A stretch of 64,000 bases of DNA from assembly GCA_035440755.1 (NCBI GenBank), contig DAORND010000008.1, positions 1,796 through 65,795 of the forward strand, read 5' to 3'. Below, piece by piece: positions 57,252 through 64,000 of this stretch. The first letter of the stretch is position 1. Each line of letters opens with the position of its first letter. Source of the stretch: Aquimonas sp. (GTDB taxonomy: Bacteria; Pseudomonadota; Gammaproteobacteria; Xanthomonadales; Xanthomonadaceae). Made by a program: the position numbers and the translations under genes. Under the pieces are notes generated by a model. That model did no database searches. It was not told where the DNA came from and saw only the letters and a program-made list of their open reading frames with translations.

Positions 57252-57551
57252 ATGTCAGACATGCAAGTTGTTCAGAACGATCCGCCGCCACGCCCGATGG
57301 TGCAACGTCTGGGGGCGATCCTTTGGCCTAGTTTTTTTGCCGCCGCGGTCGCCAACGCGGTGTTCTTCGCCCACATCGATCCCCTCGTTCTGCGTGAAAT
57401 GACGTTCCCTGATCTGCCTTTGACTCGGGAGCTGGGGTACACGCTGGGTTTCTTCGCGTTCTGGGCATGCACGGCGAGCTCCAGCTGGTTTACGTGGATC
57501 CTGCTGCGTCCGACCTGTCGCTTCAACCAGCCGTTGCCACCGGAGAACTGA
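57252..57551 (+). CDS. Small membrane protein preceding ccoG
   Basis: AGGAGG RBS, two TM segments (ILWPSFFAAAVANAVFF..IDP; LGYTLGFFAFW), 3-bp gap to ccoG. Confidence 0.75.
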   Translation: MSDMQVVQNDPPPRPMVQRLGAILWPSFFAAAVANAVFFAHIDPLVLREMTFPDLPLTRELGYTLGFFAFWACTASSSWFTWILLRPTCRFNQPLPPEN

Positions 57552-57554
57552 GCC

Positions 57555-59108
57555 ATGAGCAAGGAAATTCCGGTTGAAGTGATCAGCGAGAATTCGCTGT
57601 ACAAATCCGAAGGCAAGGTCTACCCGCGCGAGATCAATGGACGCTTCACGCGGCTTCGAAATCTCGCCGTTTTTGCTTTGCTGGGCATCTACTACTTTTT
57701 CCCTTGGCTACGTTGGGACGGTCGTCAAGCGGTTCTGTTTGATCTTCCGGCCCGCAAGTTCTACATCTTCGGCTTCAATTTCTGGCCGCAGGATTTCATT
57801 TTCCTGGCCCTTCTGCTGATTCTGGCGGGACTGTCGCTGTTCTTCTTTACCGCCTTGGCAGGACGCCTGTGGTGCGGCTATGCCTGTCCGCAGACGGTCT
57901 GGACCGAAGTGTACGTGTGGATGGAGCGCTGGTTCGAAGGTGACCGCCCAAAGCAGATGAAGCTTGATGCCGCACCGTGGAACAAGGACAAAATTCTTCG
58001 AAAGGGTGGCAAATACCTGACGTGGGGCTTCTTTTCCCTTTGGACCGGGTTCACCTTCGTCGGCTTCTTTACCCCAATCACGGATCTGGGTGCACGACTG
58101 ATCAGTCTGTCATGGGGCGGATGGGAAACGTTCTGGGTGCTGTTCTACTCGCTCGCAACCTGGGGCAATGCGGGCGTGTTGCGCGAACAGGTTTGCAAGT
58201 ACATGTGCCCCTACGCGCGCTTCCAGAGTGCGATGTTTGACCGCAATACCCTGATAATCAGTTATGACCCGGCTCGCGGCGAGCCGCGTGGGTCGCGCAA
58301 ACGTGGCTTGGGCAGTGTGTTGGAGCGTGCGCGTGGCCTGCTGAGCAATGAAGCCGCCAATGCGGCGGTGATCAAGGCGGCGCACGAGAATGCCGCTGGA
58401 AACGCCAAGGTGCATGCTCGTGCGACCACCGCATTGGCGGTCGACACGCTGGACGACAGCAGCGCACCGGTTGTGCGCAGCAATGAAGATCTCGGTGACT
58501 GCATCGACTGCACCATCTGCGTCCAGGTGTGTCCTGTGGGTATTGATATCCGCAATGGCCTGCAATATGAATGCATTGCCTGTGGCGCGTGTATCGATGC
58601 CTGCGACGAGGTCATGGACAAGATGGGGTATCCGCGTGGCCTCGTGCGGTACACGACGCAGAACGCTGTGGATCACAAGGGCACCAAGGTACTGCGTCCA
58701 CGCATCATCGTTTACGGCTTGCTGCTGACCGCGATCTTTGTCGGCTGGATGTGGGGTGTGATGCACCGTCAGGAGTTCATCCTCGATGTTCTTCGTGACC
58801 GGAACGCCTTGTATCGAACGCTGGATGATGGCGATATCGAGAACTCGTATACCGTCAAGTTGATCAACAAGTTGCCCAAGGCAGCGAAATACTCGATCAC
58901 GCTGATCGACGCCGAAGGGATCAGTCTGGTTGAGGCTCCGCTCGAGGTCAGCACGAGTCCGGAAGAAGTCGTCAACCTGTCGATCACTCTGCATGCCGAG
59001 GCAGGCACGATCAAGGGTCGGCGTGATGTGATCCTGCGCGTGCAGAATCTTGACGCGGAAGGCTCTTCGAGAGATCACAAGACCAGTTTCTTTGCGCCAG
59101 TTCAGTAG
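57555..59108 (+). CDS. ccoG: Cytochrome c oxidase accessory protein CcoG (FixG/RdxA)
   Basis: GRLWCGYACPQTVWT, CKYMCPYARFQ, DCIDCTICVQVCPVGIDIR, CIACGACIDACD. Confidence 0.96.
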   Translation: MSKEIPVEVISENSLYKSEGKVYPREINGRFTRLRNLAVFALLGIYYFFPWLRWDGRQAVLFDLPARKFYIFGFNFWPQDFIFLALLLILAGLSLFFFTALAGRLWCGYACPQTVWTEVYVWMERWFEGDRPKQMKLDAAPWNKDKILRKGGKYLTWGFFSLWTGFTFVGFFTPITDLGARLISLSWGGWETFWVLFYSLATWGNAGVLREQVCKYMCPYARFQSAMFDRNTLIISYDPARGEPRGSRKRGLGSVLERARGLLSNEAANAAVIKAAHENAAGNAKVHARATTALAVDTLDDSSAPVVRSNEDLGDCIDCTICVQVCPVGIDIRNGLQYECIACGACIDACDEVMDKMGYPRGLVRYTTQNAVDHKGTKVLRPRIIVYGLLLTAIFVGWMWGVMHRQEFILDVLRDRNALYRTLDDGDIENSYTVKLINKLPKAAKYSITLIDAEGISLVEAPLEVSTSPEEVVNLSITLHAEAGTIKGRRDVILRVQNLDAEGSSRDHKTSFFAPVQ

Positions 59109-59114
59109 TTGAAT

Positions 59115-59152
59115 CACGCAGCCCCGACATGAAGCCTTATCGGGGCTGCGTG
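59115..59152. repeat. Perfect 13-bp inverted repeat (hairpin) after ccoG
   Basis: CACGCAGCCCCGA-N12-TCGGGGCTGCGTG; no U tract. Confidence 0.6.
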
Positions 59153-59242
59153 CATGCTGGACGCCAGTCCTTTGCTGCAGTGACGCTCGCGTGAGGCCGA
59201 CTTTGCGACAATGGCGAGGCTGTCTTGTCTGCCGGAATTGCG

Positions 59243-62089
59243 ATGTCTGATCAATCGTGGGCGTTGTCGGAGTGGTTCGACTCTCTGGTGGACCTTCCAC
59301 CGGAGCAACAGGAAGCGCGTCTGTTGCAGGCACCTGAGGACATCCGTGAATCGCTGCGGAAGCTCCTGCAGGCGGACAGGGAATCGCATGCGCAGGACGT
59401 CGACCCGGTCGGCCTTGCCTGCGCATCGGCGGCACACGGCATGCTGGAGTCATCTGGGCTGATATCGAATGCGCAACGCCGCATCGGCCCCTACCGGGTT
59501 TTGCGTGAGTTGGGTTCAGGCGGCATGGGAACGGTGCTGCTCGCGGAACGCGCCGATGGTCTTTACGCCCAGAAAGTTGCCATCAAGCTCATTCGCGGGT
59601 TTCCCACCCAAGAGGTGAAACGACGACTGCGGCTGGAAAGGCAGATTCTTGCTCAGCTGGACCATCCCAACATCGCGCGCCTGCTGGATGGAGGCGAGAC
59701 CCAGGATGGCCAGCCCTATGTCGTGTTGGATTTTGTCGACGGTTCCGGCTTGCTTGAATATATCGCCCAGCAGCGGCTTGACCTCAAGGCGCGTCTGGTG
59801 CTGTTCGACCAGATCGCTGCAGCGGTCCAGCATGCACATGAGCGACTGGTCATTCATCGCGATCTGAAACCTGGCAATGTGCTGGTGCGATCCGATGGCG
59901 TTCCGAAACTGCTGGATTTCGGCATTGCCAAGCTCTTGGATGTTACCGAAGACGGGATCGCGTCCCGGCAGACCTCCACTCGGGTCTGGACGCCGGGTTA
60001 CGCTAGTCCTGAGCAAGAGCGCGGCGAGTTGGTCACCACCGCGAGTGACGTGTTTGGTCTGGCCATCCTGCTGCGCGAGATGCTCTGTGGCGATCACGCG
60101 CAAGCGCAAATGTCTGCCGTTCCGGCGGGCTTTGAAGCCTGCGTGCTGGATCGCGACTTGCGTGACATTCTTGCGGCGGCGGCCGCACACGATGTGGCCT
60201 CGCGCTACCCCACCGTGGAAGCCTTTCGGTCGGATCTCTTGCGATGGCGCGAGGGAAGAACCGTGCGCGTGGCCTCGCGCTCGGGATGGTACCGCCTGCG
60301 CAAGTTCCTTCAGCGACACCGGCTTCCTGTGGCCGGCGGCGTGGTTGTGATGGTCACACTGGTGCTTGGCGTGATTGCGCTGGAAGCGGAGCGTAGCCGT
60401 GCAGTGCGCGCGGAACGGCAAGCCGAGCAAGCGCGCGATGTCGCCAAACGCGATGCGGAAAGTGCCAAAGCAGCGTTGAAACTTCTCACCGACACCCTGG
60501 TGAGCGTTGCACCAGAGCAGGCCATGTCAACGTCGGTCAGCATCCAGACCTTGCTTGAGGCGCTGGATCAGCGAGTGGAATCCCAGCTATCGACGCAGCC
60601 GGAGTTGCGACGCTTTACCCAGGTGCTGTTGGGAAGGATGTACCTGTCGATGTCCAACCCGGTGCGGGCAGCGGAGTTGCTGACCGATGGCTTGAAGGAT
60701 GTCGAGCCCACCTCGGCTGAGGATGCCATCGTGCTATCAGATGCCTACGACTCGCTGGCTTCGGCATTGTGTGCGCAGGAAAAGGGCGAAGCCGGGCAGC
60801 GCGCTGCCGAGCAGTCGAGCTTGCTGCGCCAGCGCTACGTCCCTGACGACGAGCTGGAACAACTTCGTGCGCAGCATACGCTGGGTTTCGGCCACTACTG
60901 TGCGGGCGACTGGGATGGCGCGATTGAGATATGGGAATCCGCAGTTCAACGCGCCGAACGTTTGGTGCCGCCCCCGGTGGATGTGCTGGCGGACAACCAT
61001 CGCATGCTGGCTGGCGTAAAGGTTCACTTGGGCGAATTCGACGAAGGATTGCAGCACGCTGAGGCGGCACTGCGGCTCATCACCGGAACTCAGCGCGAAG
61101 GCTCGCCAGCACATATTGCGGTGTTGCGTCATCAAGCCGAAGCCTTGGCCGGGAGAAACGAGCTTTCGCGTGCACTTGACGTTCTGGACCAAGCGCTCGC
61201 CTATCAAGACAAGGTGTTCGATTCCGACTCACATCAGCGCATGTTGATTCTCAATGTCCGTGGGACGGTGCTGAATGAGGCCGGGCGCTTCAAGGAGGCA
61301 CTGCAGGATTTTGAAACCACGCTGGCGATCAACCGGAGCTTGCGCCTCGGTGCGCAGGATCTCGCCAAAGTGCTCGGCAACATTGCCACGGTGAGGGAGA
61401 GTGCAGGCGATTACACCGGGGCGCTGCAGGCTTTTGATGAGGCCTTGCAACTGCATGCAAGCGAGGTGACTGAGAGTGATCAACGCGATGTCAGAACATT
61501 GCAGGTCAATCGCGCTCGTGCATTGGGGCAGGCGGGTCGGTTCGTTGAGGCGCGTGCTGCATTGCAGTCGCTCTTGGCGGAGGCATCGTCGGCAGACGAC
61601 AGCAGTCCGTTTGAGCAGGCTTCGATTGAGTGGCAGTTGGCTGTACTGGGAAGCAATGCGGGTCGCCCGGATGAGGCCGAACCGCATTTGCAGCGCGCAG
61701 TGGTGGCATTTCGGCAGATCGTGCCGGAAGGGCATGTGGTGTTTGCCTTTGCGGATCGCTACGCCGCTGTCATTGCCATGCTGCGCGGCCATGACGAGCA
61801 GGCGCTGGCCACCAACGACAAGGCACTGAATGCACTGCTGGACGACGAAGGACGCGGATTCGACGTGGCCATTGCGCGGCTGGAGCGGGCGTTCATCCTG
61901 CAGCGACTTCGGCATGCGGATCAGGCCAGAAGGCAAATGGCGCTGGTCATTCCCATCTTGCAGGCGGCCGTGCTACCGACGCAGCGGGATCGTCAGCGCG
62001 CGGAGCACTTGGCGGCAAGCTTGGGTATGACGGTCCCAATGCCGACCGAATTGCAGCGTACCGACTTTGGCCCCTCCGCCATGGAATAA
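59243..62089 (+). CDS. Membrane-bound Hanks-type Ser/Thr kinase with periplasmic TPR array
   Basis: LGSGGMGTV, VAIK, HRDLKPGN, LLDFGIAK, TPGYASPEQ, TM helix, then helical TPR-like repeats. Confidence 0.93.
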   Translation: MSDQSWALSEWFDSLVDLPPEQQEARLLQAPEDIRESLRKLLQADRESHAQDVDPVGLACASAAHGMLESSGLISNAQRRIGPYRVLRELGSGGMGTVLLAERADGLYAQKVAIKLIRGFPTQEVKRRLRLERQILAQLDHPNIARLLDGGETQDGQPYVVLDFVDGSGLLEYIAQQRLDLKARLVLFDQIAAAVQHAHERLVIHRDLKPGNVLVRSDGVPKLLDFGIAKLLDVTEDGIASRQTSTRVWTPGYASPEQERGELVTTASDVFGLAILLREMLCGDHAQAQMSAVPAGFEACVLDRDLRDILAAAAAHDVASRYPTVEAFRSDLLRWREGRTVRVASRSGWYRLRKFLQRHRLPVAGGVVVMVTLVLGVIALEAERSRAVRAERQAEQARDVAKRDAESAKAALKLLTDTLVSVAPEQAMSTSVSIQTLLEALDQRVESQLSTQPELRRFTQVLLGRMYLSMSNPVRAAELLTDGLKDVEPTSAEDAIVLSDAYDSLASALCAQEKGEAGQRAAEQSSLLRQRYVPDDELEQLRAQHTLGFGHYCAGDWDGAIEIWESAVQRAERLVPPPVDVLADNHRMLAGVKVHLGEFDEGLQHAEAALRLITGTQREGSPAHIAVLRHQAEALAGRNELSRALDVLDQALAYQDKVFDSDSHQRMLILNVRGTVLNEAGRFKEALQDFETTLAINRSLRLGAQDLAKVLGNIATVRESAGDYTGALQAFDEALQLHASEVTESDQRDVRTLQVNRARALGQAGRFVEARAALQSLLAEASSADDSSPFEQASIEWQLAVLGSNAGRPDEAEPHLQRAVVAFRQIVPEGHVVFAFADRYAAVIAMLRGHDEQALATNDKALNALLDDEGRGFDVAIARLERAFILQRLRHADQARRQMALVIPILQAAVLPTQRDRQRAEHLAASLGMTVPMPTELQRTDFGPSAME

Positions 62090-62128
62090 GCCGGTTCGTC
62101 GTGGCGTCGAAAGTTGTCCTACAGCGCG

Positions 62129-62144
62129 CGGCACGGCATTTGCT
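62129..62144 (+). promoter_or_regulatory. sigma54 (-24/-12) promoter
   Basis: CGGCACG-GCAT-TTGCT with GG at 62130-31 and GC at 62142-43 (10-nt spacing), about 85 bp upstream of the ATG at 62231. Confidence 0.7.
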
Positions 62145-62230
62145 TCCGTCCTGTGACAGGACTCGCCATTTGTGAATGGCGGTCGGAGCGTCCGCGCGGC
62201 TGAAGGTCGCGGCCCACAGGGAGAGGTCAG

Positions 62231-62800
62231 ATGACGAAGGCAGCAGGCATCAAGGGCAGTGCAGTGGTTGCAGGTGCAACTGACTGGAGTCGGGTGCGCG
62301 AGACGGTGTTGATGATGGAGCTGGCGGTGGGGCAGATCGAGGCTGCCATGCGTGACAGCGACAGTTCGGTCAAGGTCTTGACCGATACCTTCACGACGAT
62401 GGCTGAAGACATGCATCACATCACCGAGGTGGCCCGCGACTTGCCGGAAGACGAGCGACTGATTGGTGCGCGGAGAACGCTGATTTCGTCGACCAGCAAT
62501 CTGGCCGCCATGGTCTCGCAGGCGATCATCGCCTTCCAGTTCTACGACCGTCTGGTGCAACGCCTGTCGCACGTCAGTCATAGTCTGGAATCGCTGGCAC
62601 AACTGGTTTCAGACGAGCAGGGCGTGGTCGATCCGGCGCGCTGGGCCGAACTGCAGACCCAAATTCGTTCGCGCTACTCGATGCCGGAAGAGGTCGAGAT
62701 GTTCGAGGCGGTGTTGATCCACGGCATGTCCGTGCATCAGGCCTTGCAGAACTTCATGGAGCGTATGAAGCATCGGGTGGACGACATCGAACTGTTCTGA
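62231..62800 (+). CDS. Soluble coiled-coil protein, chemotaxis-associated (MCP-tail/CheZ-like)
   Basis: All-helical, IIAFQFYDRLVQRLSHV motif, C-terminal DDIELF; GGAGAGG RBS. Confidence 0.55.
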   Translation: MTKAAGIKGSAVVAGATDWSRVRETVLMMELAVGQIEAAMRDSDSSVKVLTDTFTTMAEDMHHITEVARDLPEDERLIGARRTLISSTSNLAAMVSQAIIAFQFYDRLVQRLSHVSHSLESLAQLVSDEQGVVDPARWAELQTQIRSRYSMPEEVEMFEAVLIHGMSVHQALQNFMERMKHRVDDIELF

Positions 62801-62869
62801 GGCAGTTCTCGGCTGCCATGCGGAGAAATCACTGCGCAGAATTTGGGACTGTCCGTCTACACTGGCGAC

Positions 62870-63718
62870 ATGATTTCTGCTGATGGAAAGCTCTTGCGGC
62901 GAATGACCGCGAATGATCTGGCCGGGGTTTGGCCCCGGCGAGCGAGCGATGCGCATAAAGGCGATCACGGGCACGTACTTCTGATTGGTGGCAACACCGG
63001 GATGGGTGGTGCCTTGATACTGGCTGCACAGGCCGCTTTACGGGTAGGCGCGGGTCTGGTCAGCGCCTTCAGTCGGCGCGATACGCTGCAGGCATTGCTG
63101 ATTCGACAGCCGGAGTGCATGGGACTGGCCGTGGATGAGGAGGCAGTCGCAAGCGCCGCTGTGCAGCGCGCAGAACAGCGGGCCAATGCATTGGTTCTTG
63201 GGCCGGGAATGTCGGACGATTCCTGGGCCCAATGCTGGCTTACGCGCTACCTCGACGATTCCCGGCCACGGGTCGTGGATGCGGATGCATTGAATGACCT
63301 TGCCAACTCGCCTCGTCGGTTATCGAATGCGGTTCTGACTCCTCATCCCGGTGAAGCAGCACGCTTGCTTTCCTGCAGCACGGCGGCAATTCAGTCGGAT
63401 CGACCTGCAGCACTGGCCGCGCTTGTCGAGCGTTACGCCAGTGTCATCGTCCTGAAAGGTGCCGGAACCTTGGTGGCGGGTCCGGGAAGCAGAACCTACT
63501 TGATCGAAGCGGGCAACCCGGGAATGGCCGTGGGCGGCATGGGCGACCTGCTGGCTGGAATCATCGGCGGATTGCTGGCGCAAGGATTCGGTCCGCTGGA
63601 TGCCGCGCGTTGGGGCGCACTTGTGCATGCCGTGGCGGGTGATGATGCCGCTTCCTCAGGGCAACGTGGACTGTTGCCGAGTGATGTGCTCGAACACCTG
63701 CGCCGCCGGTGCAACTGA
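62870..63718 (+). CDS. nnrD: ADP-dependent NAD(P)H-hydrate dehydratase (stand-alone NnrD domain)
   Basis: AHKGDHGHVLLIGG...MGGA, LGPG, VVDADALN, LTPHPGEAARLL, LKGAGT, GNPGMAVGGMGD.LAG. Start uncertain (62843/62870/62903). Confidence 0.9.
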   Translation: MISADGKLLRRMTANDLAGVWPRRASDAHKGDHGHVLLIGGNTGMGGALILAAQAALRVGAGLVSAFSRRDTLQALLIRQPECMGLAVDEEAVASAAVQRAEQRANALVLGPGMSDDSWAQCWLTRYLDDSRPRVVDADALNDLANSPRRLSNAVLTPHPGEAARLLSCSTAAIQSDRPAALAALVERYASVIVLKGAGTLVAGPGSRTYLIEAGNPGMAVGGMGDLLAGIIGGLLAQGFGPLDAARWGALVHAVAGDDAASSGQRGLLPSDVLEHLRRRCN

Positions 63719-64000
63719 TGGCGGGCGAGAACGTGATCGAGTTGTTTCTGGCCGATGAAACGGCGACGCAGCGTCTGGGTGAAAGACTGGCGGCCAGCCT
63801 TCCGGATCGGGCGACTGTCTTTCTTTGCGGCGATCTTGGTGCCGGGAAAAGCACGATTGCGCGGGCGATGCTGCGCGCTTTGGGCGTGACCGGTCCAATC
63901 AAAAGCCCGACCTACACCCTGATTGAGCGCTACCCCAGCGAGCAGGGTGAGCTCGCCCATCTCGATCTGTATCGAATTGGCGACCCCGAGGAACTTGCCT
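63718..64000 (+). CDS. tsaE: tRNA threonylcarbamoyladenosine biosynthesis ATPase (3' truncated by window)
   Basis: Hand translation MAGENVIELFLADETAT...GDLGAGKST..R.....KSPTYTLIE.Y......HLDLYR; TGATG overlap with nnrD. Confidence 0.95.
   Translation, partial: MAGENVIELFLADETATQRLGERLAASLPDRATVFLCGDLGAGKSTIARAMLRALGVTGPIKSPTYTLIERYPSEQGELAHLDLYRIGDPEELA

Noticed and set aside
26773-59152. Intergenic hairpins (26773, 33113, 42257, 59115) as a REP family or CRISPR repeats
   Set aside because: They share no common sequence or regular spacing; best explained as independent terminators or stabilising stems.

Overview
GC-rich (about 62-65% in the lines I sampled) gammaproteobacterial chromosome segment. 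Gene content and order (pcnB-folK-panB-panC-pgi, dapA/gcvR-bcp-phoH/thiD, queG/nnr-tsaE) point to Xanthomonadales/Lysobacterales; this is an inference. From left to right: a truncated Oar-like TonB-dependent receptor with a textbook-geometry Pho promoter; an OlsF-like fused acyltransferase; hutU; a beta-propeller-sensor diguanylate cyclase; rhomboid; an ATL protein. Next is a ~9.8 kb divergent sulfide/persulfide module: two rhodaneses and a BigR/SqrR-type repressor on one side; type I SQR, DUF2892, RND MFP + permease, TrxC, OsmC, a fused diheme cytochrome and a SAM methyltransferase on the other. It has no persulfide dioxygenase and is the best candidate for an undescribed system. Then come a lower-GC type IV minor pilin cassette (fimT-pilVWX-pilY1-pilE), icmF, two SET-domain genes, comEA, a FadL-like outer-membrane protein, thiD, a secreted zincin with a coupled small partner, housekeeping genes and tRNA-Glu(CUC). 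A candidate ~108-nt sRNA sits where panD usually lies. An FNR-type-promoter cbb3 oxidase block, an orphan Ser/Thr kinase and a sigma54-preceded chemotaxis-like gene lie between queG and a stand-alone nnrD, followed by a truncated tsaE. No CRISPR array, IS element or integrase was seen.
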